From positions 1 through 44,048 of the IMG/VR virus record IMGVR_UViG_3300046795_000008: a stretch of 44,048 bases of DNA; one strand, 5' to 3'. Position 1 is the first letter of the stretch; every line of letters begins with the position of its first letter. This DNA is from a virus (Duplodnaviria > Caudoviricetes). The position numbers and the translations under genes are program-made. The notes beneath the pieces were generated by a model. It saw only the letters and a program-made list of their open reading frames with translations, was not told where the DNA came from and ran no database searches. Positions 33,617-42,372 of the stretch are shown piece by piece.

Positions 33617-34393
33617 TTACTTCGATTGCAGCGCAATGTATTTCTTGTTTGTTGCGTCGAAGGTCCAGCAAATCATCAGGTTGGCCACAGCCGTTACAGC
33701 CGTAGCGATGTTATTGGTTGCGGTGGTCGTGAAGGCCGCGTCTGGAATCGTACAGAACGGCGCTCCAATCGGTTGAGATGACCCGCCGCCCTGCCCGACC
33801 GCGCCCACCGTCGTGGAACTGCCCCAGGCGGTAATTGCGTTCGTACCCGTGACGTGGAACAGCGGCCCACTAGGAGCCGTTGCGCCGGCCACGGAAGCGA
33901 CTGCGGTCGTGACACTCGTCGGAACTAAATTGTTGAAGAACCCCGGAACCGCTTGCCCTGAAATCGTAGAGCAAAGCCATTGATTCCCGGTTTTCAGGTT
34001 GATGGCAGGCGAGAATTGGAACACGCCTTGCCCGTTCGTGCACGCGCCCGTCGGGTCTGTGCTCAGAAAGGCATTCGGCGGCCCAATCAGCACCAGCGTG
34101 CCGTTGATGTGCGGCTTGGCCGGAGTCCCGTTATAGCCTCGGGTGACACCGATTGCCGTGCCGCTGACGGAGTTAACAAACATCGCTTCCCCAGCCCCGC
34201 CAGTGCCATCCTCTACGAACAGAATGGTGTTATTGGCGGTGACTCCGGTTGCCGAAGTCAGACGGACGGTCGTGGTTGAGCTATTACTGACCGCCGCCGA
34301 AAGAAGCGTTTGGGTAAGCGCTGTCTGGGCCACTGCGGGCAGAGCCAGCGCGGAAAGAACTGCGACAATGAGCAACAGTGTGAGTTTTTTCAT
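33617..34393 (-). CDS. Putative capsid decoration protein with a signal peptide
   Basis: Immediately follows the coat gene. MKKLTLLLIVAVLSALALPAVA|Q; EAMFVNSV...VTRGYNGT.A..H beta motif. Confidence 0.7.
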   Translation of the reverse strand: MKKLTLLLIVAVLSALALPAVAQTALTQTLLSAAVSNSSTTTVRLTSATGVTANNTILFVEDGTGGAGEAMFVNSVSGTAIGVTRGYNGTPAKPHINGTLVLIGPPNAFLSTDPTGACTNGQGVFQFSPAINLKTGNQWLCSTISGQAVPGFFNNLVPTSVTTAVASVAGATAPSGPLFHVTGTNAITAWGSSTTVGAVGQGGGSSQPIGAPFCTIPDAAFTTTATNNIATAVTAVANLMICWTFDATNKKYIALQSK

Positions 34394-34399
34394 GGTTGT

Positions 34400-35632
34400 T
34401 TACGCTCCTGCGACGCACACCGCGCCGTTGTCTTGGTAGAGGTTGCCCGTGCCAATCACCATGTCAAATCGGTGAATGTTCATGCTGCGCACGGGGTCCC
34501 AGGCCTTGACGAACCTGACTGCAAGGCCCGTCTTGGGGTCCTGTTTCTGAGAGCACACTTCCACCGCCTTGGGAGAATATAGTTTCGCGCCAACGAGGGC
34601 AAAAGCATACTTGGTGAGGGCGAGCCCGACCGTTCCAACCGCGCCGTTCGGGTTAGTGGTTCCAGGCCAGAGCGTCAAAACTGCGCCGTTCTGAGGCAGG
34701 GCGTCAACATTCTGGTACTGAGACCCAGGGCCGAAGATGGCCGGCAGGATCGTGATCGTATCCGGGCCAGCCGTTAGAGTGAAGTCCTGCGTCACGGTGA
34801 ACTGGGCCAAGGTCGCGGGCCCGGCGATTCTCCGGGTGCGCGGGTTGACGAAGTTCACTGAGCCAATGCTGATTTTGTCGCCCTTCTTGATGGTGTCGTT
34901 ATTCGTGCCGGTGATAATCAGCGAAGTTCCCGACTGATTGGACCCCGTCACCGTCACCGCACCCGCCCAAGTTCCGGCAGTGTGCGAAAACAGCGATTGC
35001 GATTCGTACCAGTCAAAGCCCTTCGCCCGACCCAGCACGCCTTCCTTGAAGACTTCGGTGATTTCATCGGTCGGCTGGAAGATGGTCGTGATTGCCGGCC
35101 CGATAGCTACCATCATCGAGGACGAAATGCACAGAGAGCGCTTCCCTGGGGGAACAGCCTTCTGCATAAGCCTTGCTCTGGCCTGGTCGTAGGTAACCAG
35201 CGAGGTTGGGTCCGTGCCCAGAGTACCTACCACGTTCGAAGCGTTCTGATAGGCGAACTGAGCGCAGCGGGAATCTACTTCCTGAGCCAACTGTGCAGCC
35301 GCCGGCTGCAGGTACTGCTCACGGATTTCCTCTTCTGACCGCTCCGCCTTGACAGCGTTCTCGTAATCGTCCCATTCGAAGTCGATTCCGAAAGGCTGGT
35401 CAAGGTTTACGGTCGTGGAAATCCGGTTAATGCCTTGCGGATCGTATCCAAGGCCGTCGCGGATGGTGAAGGTCTGGGGGAATTTGACTTGGATGGAACT
35501 GCCAACGGCAAATTCCTTCTTAAAATCCTTGTCCCAGTCCATGTTGAAGTACTCGGCCACGGTCAGTTTGTTGACCAGGAGCCGAAGTACTTCCATGCTG
35601 ATCCAGCTTGTGTTGAGAAATAGGTTAGCCAA
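34400..35632 (-). CDS. Major capsid protein (P22 coat family)
   Basis: MANLFLNTSWISMEVLRLLVNKL...HRFDMVIG; follows the scaffold gene; TTG start. Confidence 0.93.
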   Translation of the reverse strand: MANLFLNTSWISMEVLRLLVNKLTVAEYFNMDWDKDFKKEFAVGSSIQVKFPQTFTIRDGLGYDPQGINRISTTVNLDQPFGIDFEWDDYENAVKAERSEEEIREQYLQPAAAQLAQEVDSRCAQFAYQNASNVVGTLGTDPTSLVTYDQARARLMQKAVPPGKRSLCISSSMMVAIGPAITTIFQPTDEITEVFKEGVLGRAKGFDWYESQSLFSHTAGTWAGAVTVTGSNQSGTSLIITGTNNDTIKKGDKISIGSVNFVNPRTRRIAGPATLAQFTVTQDFTLTAGPDTITILPAIFGPGSQYQNVDALPQNGAVLTLWPGTTNPNGAVGTVGLALTKYAFALVGAKLYSPKAVEVCSQKQDPKTGLAVRFVKAWDPVRSMNIHRFDMVIGTGNLYQDNGAVCVAGA

Positions 35633-35635
35633 GGG

Positions 35636-36640
35636 TTATTTTCCTTTGCGACGGGCAACGTCGCGGCGATTGGCCGCTGCCGCATAGGAGGAGAAATCCT
35701 CTTCCTTCACGGCCTGCTCGACTTCATCCGGGGAAGTCGAGCCACGCCCACCGGTTTCTTTAGGCGGCGGCGGCGCATTTGTTACTCGTTTCGCAGGAGG
35801 CGAGGAGAACTGCATCTCGATTTTGAACATTTCACGCGCTTGCTGGACGGTATTTAATCCAGCACCGACCCGAATCACCGTCATCGGGTCTTTAGGGTTA
35901 ACGGCAAAGCCTGTTATGCGAGTCATTTCTTCGGGGTGTTGCCCGAAGTAGTAGAGAATGTCGGGGCCGCGCTCTGAGTCCAGAATTACCTGATCCGGAA
36001 TTGAGCCTTTCGGCAAGCAAATTTCTTTGCTGCTGCAAACAACATCGAAGTCGTGTAACCGCTTTTTGGCTTCGGTTAGTCGTTCGGTCCAGACTTCCTG
36101 AATGATGCGTTCATGCTGTGCCTCTATAGCTTCTCGTTCTCTCTGGGCATGCTGTTCTTCGGCCTTGGCAAGGGCCCACTTTATCTGGGCGGCGTTGAGT
36201 TCTTTCCAGTCCTTGTATACCCAACTGCCGTCTGGGTTCTTCTCTTCGCCTGTAGGTCCAGCATCGGTTACAGCCTGCTCCGTTGCAGGTTGCGAGGTCT
36301 GCGTAACGCTTGTTTCGGAGTGGGCAGAAAGCTGCCGTTCGAGTTCCTGATTACGTGCTACGAGTTCCCTAATGCGTGCAGATGCGTCTTTCTTTCCCTT
36401 CTGCGGTGGAGCGGCTTCCGAGGCCGCGCGAGTGACGGATTCCTGCTCTTGCGAAGTCGCCGACTCTTCGCCTTCTGACGACGTTGTTTCAGGCTCGGAA
36501 GGTGCCGACTCTTCCGTTTTCTCTGACGGCATTTCCCCGGTCATGCGCCACTTGTCGTAAGCGGGGCCTGAGGGGATTTGAAGTTCGTTCGACTGCGTAG
36601 CCGGGGCCGAGTCCGGCTGAGTAACGGCATTGGTGCTCAT
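35636..36640 (-). CDS. Capsid scaffolding protein
   Basis: Acidic coiled coil; GPDILYYFGQHPEE and VTNAPPP motifs; between portal and coat. Confidence 0.88.
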   Translation of the reverse strand: MSTNAVTQPDSAPATQSNELQIPSGPAYDKWRMTGEMPSEKTEESAPSEPETTSSEGEESATSQEQESVTRAASEAAPPQKGKKDASARIRELVARNQELERQLSAHSETSVTQTSQPATEQAVTDAGPTGEEKNPDGSWVYKDWKELNAAQIKWALAKAEEQHAQREREAIEAQHERIIQEVWTERLTEAKKRLHDFDVVCSSKEICLPKGSIPDQVILDSERGPDILYYFGQHPEEMTRITGFAVNPKDPMTVIRVGAGLNTVQQAREMFKIEMQFSSPPAKRVTNAPPPPKETGGRGSTSPDEVEQAVKEEDFSSYAAAANRRDVARRKGK

Positions 36641-36696
36641 AATTTAGTTTTCCTTTGTGAAGTGCCGGATGTGACGCGAGACCGGCGGCGCGAAAC

Positions 36697-38925
36697 TTAT
36701 TGGTTAGGCTGTTGCTTCGCCTGACTGTCTGCCGCAATCTGAGTAGCCTGCTGCGCTTGCGCGATTTGCGCCTGCTTGTCGGCTATTGAGTGTTCATGCT
36801 GGTGCTGGTCTTTCTGCATCCCAAACTCATGCGCGGCACCGTGATTCTCCAGCCAGAATTGCTTGTACATCTCGTTGCGCTCAGATTGAGACTGCGCTCT
36901 GGTTGCAATTTCGGCGAGTAGCACCTTCACGTCTTGCACCAGTTTCTCGCGCATGTTCTCGTTGCTTTGCTTCATGTGCTCCAGCGCCATCTTGGTTTGC
37001 TGTTCGAGCACCTTCCCGGCACGGTCCATGTGCAAAGTCTGATTCTCTGCAGCCAGTTCCTGAATCTTGCCTTGCAGCTGCGCCACAATCGCCTGAGCCT
37101 GTGGGGGAAGCTGGTTCTGGTCGGGCGGGTCGAGCAAATCTGCAATGTCCTGCCCCTGCGCGCCCATGTTCTTCATGCGGATAGCCTTGGCAAGGATCTT
37201 GGTCGCAATTGGCGGCGGAATCGGGAGGCTCTGGATATTGGCTAGCATGCTGTCCAGAAACTCGTTGGCCTGCTCGCGCTGCGATTGGTAGCTTGGGCCC
37301 GTGGAAATCGTTACATCGAATTCCGCCTTCGGATTTCCCTCCTCGTCGACCACGTGGTAGTGATCTTTGGTTGCGTCGTTCTTATTTTGAACCTCATACG
37401 TTGGGTCATTGATGCGCATGGTCGCATACGTGCCATCATCCTTCGTAATCGGCACCGTCCGGGGCGTGTCATAAATCACGTCAATCAGTTCGTTAACCTG
37501 CCAGCCCAGATTCCCCAGGAACCGGTCGAAGTTGTCCGCGAAGTGAAAGCTGCCCCGGTCCTCCATCGCCTGAATCTTCTCTAGAGCAATGCCTGATTTC
37601 TCGCTCTGCCTCTGGGCGGCGGTTGGTAAGGGCGTAATGCCCATGGACGCCTGAATAGCTCTCCGCGCGCTTTCCTTGGCGACTTCGTACTCGCTGAAGT
37701 TCGGCTGAAATTGAGGCCTGATCGGAAGGGGTAACACCTGCCCGCTAGCAGCATCTACTACCGGATCGGCCTGCAGGTAAGCATGGGGGACCTTCGTGAC
37801 TTCCGCCCAGGCCTCCGCATCTGACTCAAACTGGCCTTTGTAACCCAGAAACGGACTCTTCGGCGTCATGCCAGCCTCTTCCGCCTCTTGCGAGTTGTAG
37901 TAGGCCAGAAGCATCTGCGGGTCGCGCGCAAGCCGAGTCATCGACATCAGGACTCGCTTAGACCCCCCGCCGTCGTCAATCCAGATTTCCTTGCCGAAAC
38001 ATGCGCAGAGCGGAATCCTTGACCCCGCCCAGGGTGTTTCGTCCAGAATCTCAAGCCCATTCGTCAGATACTGAATCACCTCCGCCTCTTCGACCATGCG
38101 ATCCTTCAACGGTTTGATTTGGTCGCGCAGTCGAACGAACTTCCCCCGAGCATCCCGCCCTGTCTTCTCCCCCAGTTGCTCAAGGTATTCCTTGATTTCG
38201 TCCTCAAAGACCGTCATCGGCCCAGTGGCGCTCTGTACGAGGAGCAACTTGCGCTCATTTTTGTGCACCATCCAGAACTCGGCTACCTGGACGTAATTCT
38301 CCCTGATCCAGAGCGGCGCATCTGCCATCATCGCGCCAGTAAAACTCGTGGTCTTCGCGCCCTTATACTTGCGCTTGAAGTCTTCCTTCGTCAGAAGATC
38401 CGTGCGGAAACCGTCTGTCGCGTCTGAGGCGTCCGCCTTCTTGAACGCTGGATTCAGCAGCACCGATTCCTGATTGGCGATACGCTCAATCCATATTTCC
38501 TGGTCAAAAGTGTCATCAGCCGCATATCGCGTTCTCAGGGATGCAAAGCCATAACTGCGCTGGACCGCGTTTTCCCCCGCGGTGATGTAGGCTTCCTGGG
38601 CGTTCGAACGGTCCTCAATCCCCCGAATCAGGTTCTGCCGGCGGTTGGCGTCCTGATCGTTCGCCCCATCGCCCTTGGGCGTCACCTGAATCGCCCGCTT
38701 GTTCTGTCTCAGGTTCGACGTGTACTGGTTCAGGTACTGGCCGATTTCGTCATTTGAAATGCACGGCCTGCCCGCATCTTCCCGCATTCGCCTGTCTTCT
38801 GGGTCCCACGGGTCACCCATAACAAAGCGCATGTCAATGCGCCCTTGCTCGTAGGTGTCCTTCCATTCGTTCGCGTAATCCGAGTATTTATCGCGAATCT
38901 CTTTGGGTGTTGGCGCTTTAGGCAC
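36697..38925 (-). CDS. Portal protein (P22-like)
   Basis: 742 aa; GDPWD...RPCIS, RLARDPQ, EKSGIAL, FDVTISTGPSYQSQR; Gln-rich C-terminal coil. Confidence 0.95.
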   Translation of the reverse strand: MPKAPTPKEIRDKYSDYANEWKDTYEQGRIDMRFVMGDPWDPEDRRMREDAGRPCISNDEIGQYLNQYTSNLRQNKRAIQVTPKGDGANDQDANRRQNLIRGIEDRSNAQEAYITAGENAVQRSYGFASLRTRYAADDTFDQEIWIERIANQESVLLNPAFKKADASDATDGFRTDLLTKEDFKRKYKGAKTTSFTGAMMADAPLWIRENYVQVAEFWMVHKNERKLLLVQSATGPMTVFEDEIKEYLEQLGEKTGRDARGKFVRLRDQIKPLKDRMVEEAEVIQYLTNGLEILDETPWAGSRIPLCACFGKEIWIDDGGGSKRVLMSMTRLARDPQMLLAYYNSQEAEEAGMTPKSPFLGYKGQFESDAEAWAEVTKVPHAYLQADPVVDAASGQVLPLPIRPQFQPNFSEYEVAKESARRAIQASMGITPLPTAAQRQSEKSGIALEKIQAMEDRGSFHFADNFDRFLGNLGWQVNELIDVIYDTPRTVPITKDDGTYATMRINDPTYEVQNKNDATKDHYHVVDEEGNPKAEFDVTISTGPSYQSQREQANEFLDSMLANIQSLPIPPPIATKILAKAIRMKNMGAQGQDIADLLDPPDQNQLPPQAQAIVAQLQGKIQELAAENQTLHMDRAGKVLEQQTKMALEHMKQSNENMREKLVQDVKVLLAEIATRAQSQSERNEMYKQFWLENHGAAHEFGMQKDQHQHEHSIADKQAQIAQAQQATQIAADSQAKQQPNQ

Positions 38926-39427
38926 TGAATTCTGCTCTTAGCTTGGCGCAGGCAGGACAAAATACGCCCGGAATTCCGGCAGATTCTTGGAATCGCGGAA
39001 TGCGCCAACCGTCCTTGCGGGCTGTATCTTCGGCTTCCTTGACGTCACGGCCAGGAAAAGCGAACTCTCGTGTGCACATTGAGCATTTGAGCGTTAAAAC
39101 GCCCTTCTTGGTCTCATCGGCAATATTCCGCGCGATAGCCTTCTCTGCCAAGACATCCAGCGCTGTCTGGGCCGCCTCTTTTCGTGCCGCCAAGTCCGCA
39201 GCCTCAGCCATGTACACGTGCAAGGGCTTTGCATCGAACCGCAGGTATGGCCGCATGGTTTCATACCCGTCCGTCCGCTTCTCAGGCTCGATTGCACACA
39301 GGATCTGCCGGAAGTGCTCATGATCACGTATACACATAGCTACCTGGTGGATGAGGTTCTTATCCTCCAGTCCACCGAAGCCGCGTTTCTTTAACGCCTT
39401 GTCAATCTGGGTCCGATTCTGCATCAC
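38918..39427 (-). CDS. Hypothetical protein with a C-terminal Zn ribbon
   Basis: CSMC...GW...CPAC. Confidence 0.75.
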   Translation of the reverse strand: MMQNRTQIDKALKKRGFGGLEDKNLIHQVAMCIRDHEHFRQILCAIEPEKRTDGYETMRPYLRFDAKPLHVYMAEAADLAARKEAAQTALDVLAEKAIARNIADETKKGVLTLKCSMCTREFAFPGRDVKEAEDTARKDGWRIPRFQESAGIPGVFCPACAKLRAEFSA

Positions 39428-39624
39428 TGCCCCGCCCTCTGCGCAAACACGTTATTAACTGGGCCGCCGCGTTTCACCTTGGCCGCATGTTTCTTCGCCA
39501 TGGCTCGCCCTTTGGCCGTTTCCTTGTTCCCGTGCATGGCGCCGATGGCGTTCATCGTGCCGTAGATGGCCCGAGCGTTGTTGCCGTACTCGGCTCTTAG
39601 TTTGTCTTCAAGAAACTTTGGCAT
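39424..39624 (-). CDS. Small basic conserved phage protein
   Basis: MPKFLEDKLRAEYG...IYGTMNAIGAM. Confidence 0.75.
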   Translation of the reverse strand: MPKFLEDKLRAEYGNNARAIYGTMNAIGAMHGNKETAKGRAMAKKHAAKVKRGGPVNNVFAQRAGQ

Positions 39625-39642
39625 AGGTTTGGCTAGTTCCCC

Positions 39643-39746
39643 CGGCGGTGCCGTCTGACCCTTGCAGGCTAGGTAAGCAGCTTGTTGGCTGGAGGCATCA
39701 TTGCCCCGTGCGCTGCCCGCTGGCCTCGGGTCAGTTCTTCCCGCCG
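39643..39746 (-). other. Long nested RNA stem-loop filling an intergenic gap
   Basis: Five nested complementary segments; see findings. Confidence 0.6.
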
Positions 39747-39753
39747 AGCGAAA

Positions 39754-40125
39754 TTAACTCATCGTCACGCCTTGCACGCGAATCACAACCCACTTGCCCG
39801 CAAAGGCCATCAGGTCGATGCCTGCCCCTGCGAAGGCTGCGAAAGTCGCCAAGTTCACTGTGGCCGCGCCGGTCTGATACAAGCCCGTCGCCGTGATGGT
39901 GTGGGCATTGGCAGTCAGCGACGTGATGCGCTTCATCAGGCCGTCATCGCCTAGGTTCGGTGCGGCCAAGGTGAGTGCCGCGACCCCGGCTTTGGTGATG
40001 TTGAATCGCCCTTCGGCGCGCGGATCCAGCGCACCAGAGGCCGGAATGTTGGTGAACTCCCCGTGTAATGCAGCATCTAGGGCTGGCGGCCCAAAAGAGC
40101 CTTGCGGGGTTTGCTTTGTGCTCAT
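39754..40125 (-). CDS. Small beta-rich protein, probably a virion component
   Basis: AAGGAG SD; KAGVAALTLAAP...DG...TANAHTIT. Confidence 0.7.
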   Translation of the reverse strand: MSTKQTPQGSFGPPALDAALHGEFTNIPASGALDPRAEGRFNITKAGVAALTLAAPNLGDDGLMKRITSLTANAHTITATGLYQTGAATVNLATFAAFAGAGIDLMAFAGKWVVIRVQGVTMS

Positions 40126-40134
40126 GGTTTCTCC

Positions 40135-40320
40135 TTAGATTGGTACAGAAATTCGCTGGCAATACTTGTCCGGGGGTTGCGAGCACTCCGTATCGTCAGA
40201 CTGAATGTTTTTGTGTTCGACTCGCCACCGCTTGAGCTCTACCGGCGTGACGTCGACGCGCACCGGACGCCTGACGGCACATCCACACAGAATAAGACTT
40301 AAGATGGCTAGGAATTTCAT
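40135..40320 (-). CDS. Small predicted lipoprotein
   Basis: MKFLAILSLILCG|C lipobox-like sequence; abuts the terL stop. Confidence 0.6.
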   Translation of the reverse strand: MKFLAILSLILCGCAVRRPVRVDVTPVELKRWRVEHKNIQSDDTECSQPPDKYCQRISVPI

Positions 40321-41775
40321 TCACGACCAGGCCGAACCGGGCCGCTTTACCTGTGGTTTATGCACCTTCTTGCGCAGCACATTAACTCCGAACGTCATGG
40401 CCAGCATGTCGCCGCAATCCGGCGATGCGAGCCCCCGTTTCTTCATGTCTTCTTTGCGCTCAAGCTGGATCTGCTGTTTGCTCGAAAACCCATACTCAGG
40501 CGCTGTCAGGTCCGCCTCTAGTTCAGGATCGTCCGGTATCTCCGCCCCAGCCATGAGCCAGTCCCGCATCAGGCCCCAGGCCTCTGCCCTGCGGTTGAAG
40601 TAGGCATTCGGGTCGAACGGATGACTGCCGCCATGGAACTCAAAGGGCTTGAATCCCCGGTGTTGCATGTGGTCGATTACGCCAGCGCCGATGCCGTCGC
40701 CGTCAATCACCGTAGCGTCCGGGCTCTCTTGCTTCTGGAAGGCGATCACCCGCTCAGCTACCTGCACCGTGTCTTGCCCGCGCAGTTTGGCTAGGATTCT
40801 TAGCTTTCGCCCTTGTCTGACTCCAATAACGGTCCGATCGTCGCCGAATCTAGCCACGTCCACACTGAGAATCTTCGGAAGGGATTCAAAACCCTGCGCT
40901 CGATACTTCCGGCAGGCGGAAACGGTATCACTCGCAATGAACTGCGACGATCCCGCTCTGGGGAACTCGCCTCTGACCCTGACTCGGACGAAGTCGGAAT
41001 CTTCTCCATAGTCATCCACCCATTTCTGAAGTTGTTCCTTGTTCGTGCCCTCTACCGTCCTTGAATCGATCTGAAACGTTTTCCATCTGTGCGCGAATCG
41101 ACCAAAGCACTCACGGAACCGACCGGTGTTCTGCGTCGGGTTTCCAAAGGCCAGCCAGATTATCTCGGTCTCTTCGTCCGTCAGCGCGCCTTCGGCCACT
41201 TCCCAGACCTTGTCGGCGATCGCTGAGGCCTCATCGAAGATCAGGACAATGCGCTTGCCTTCGTTGTGAAGACCTGCGAATGCCTCAGTATTGTGCTCCG
41301 ACCATGTTACAAAGTCCGTACGCCACAACTCTGGTGCTCCAGTCTCGATGGTCCGTATGCTCGTAGCCCGCACATCGAACCACTGCGCGCCCAAGCTATG
41401 CCGGAACCATTTACTGACTTCCGGGACAGTCTTTGTGGCCAACTGCCCACCAGTCCCGGCGGTTACAACAACCTTGCAGCCGGCGCATGTACTCATTGCC
41501 CAATTGATGAGCATTCCGACAAGGGCGGACTTGCCAATACCGTGACCGCTCGAGACGGCAATACGGCAGGGCTCTGACTTGCGGGCTGAATCTGACAAGT
41601 GTGCCCCGATGTACTGCATAATGTCAGCCTGCCATCCCCGAGGCCCGCTTGAGGGCTGCCGTTCTGAGTTCCACATCCAGAAAGCTCGCGCAAATCCCAG
41701 CGGATCGTGCACACAATCGGCCGCCAGTTCTTTCAGTAGAATGGCCGGCTCTTGAGTCAGGAGACCTGTGCTCAT
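40321..41775 (-). CDS. terL: Terminase large subunit
   Basis: Walker A SGHGIGKS, Walker B LIFDEA, GNPT, nuclease VDVARFGDD, SPDCGD. Confidence 0.97.
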   Translation of the reverse strand: MSTGLLTQEPAILLKELAADCVHDPLGFARAFWMWNSERQPSSGPRGWQADIMQYIGAHLSDSARKSEPCRIAVSSGHGIGKSALVGMLINWAMSTCAGCKVVVTAGTGGQLATKTVPEVSKWFRHSLGAQWFDVRATSIRTIETGAPELWRTDFVTWSEHNTEAFAGLHNEGKRIVLIFDEASAIADKVWEVAEGALTDEETEIIWLAFGNPTQNTGRFRECFGRFAHRWKTFQIDSRTVEGTNKEQLQKWVDDYGEDSDFVRVRVRGEFPRAGSSQFIASDTVSACRKYRAQGFESLPKILSVDVARFGDDRTVIGVRQGRKLRILAKLRGQDTVQVAERVIAFQKQESPDATVIDGDGIGAGVIDHMQHRGFKPFEFHGGSHPFDPNAYFNRRAEAWGLMRDWLMAGAEIPDDPELEADLTAPEYGFSSKQQIQLERKEDMKKRGLASPDCGDMLAMTFGVNVLRKKVHKPQVKRPGSAWS

Positions 41776-42113
41776 TTGCCGGCCCGCTTCCTGGCTGCCA
41801 AGACTTCCTCAAGGGTCAGGTTAATGTCACCACTAACATCCACAGGCTGCACAACCTTGCCTTCTACCCGCTCAGCCATCTCGCGAAGTGTCAAAACTGA
41901 TGCCATTCTCCCGCTCAGAATGATCTTCAAAATTATTTCTTCAATCTGCTTTCTGTTCTTCGCCTTTTTTAGAATGCTCTCGTATATCTCCGTTATTTGC
42001 TTCTTCTTAGGCCGCCCACCAGGGTTCCCAGACTGGCCCTTTTGGAAGGGTCTGCCGAAGGGTTTCTTTTTTCCTGATGGTTCGCTGTTCTGAGCCTTTG
42101 AAACGGGGTCCAT
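41772..42113 (-). CDS. Terminase small subunit candidate (DUF5681-like)
   Basis: FQKGQSGNPGGRPK motif; overlaps the terL start. Confidence 0.85.
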   Translation of the reverse strand: MDPVSKAQNSEPSGKKKPFGRPFQKGQSGNPGGRPKKKQITEIYESILKKAKNRKQIEEIILKIILSGRMASVLTLREMAERVEGKVVQPVDVSGDINLTLEEVLAARKRAGK

Positions 42114-42143
42114 AGCTAATATTTACTCAGATTTCTGCTGTGC

Positions 42144-42371
42144 TCACTTGCGATTAGCCGGCGTCACAATCGCCCAGTCCGGCATCTCCACAATGAAAAT
42201 TGGGTGCTTGCCGTTCTTAAAGAATGATCTGGGGCAAACCTCGTTGTTTGTCTCTATGCTTAACTCTTTGCCGCACACTGGGCAGCGAATTCCATGGATT
42301 GAACGCTTTGAGTACAGAGGCGGCTTGTGACCGCCCCTGTCCCGCTCTGGCAGTCTGCCGCCTCCTTTCAC
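42144..42371 (-). CDS. Hypothetical protein (CPVC motif; start uncertain)
   Basis: GTG at 42371 just after the upstream stop. Confidence 0.5.
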   Translation of the reverse strand: MKGGGRLPERDRGGHKPPLYSKRSIHGIRCPVCGKELSIETNNEVCPRSFFKNGKHPIFIVEMPDWAIVTPANRK

Positions 42372-42372
42372 G

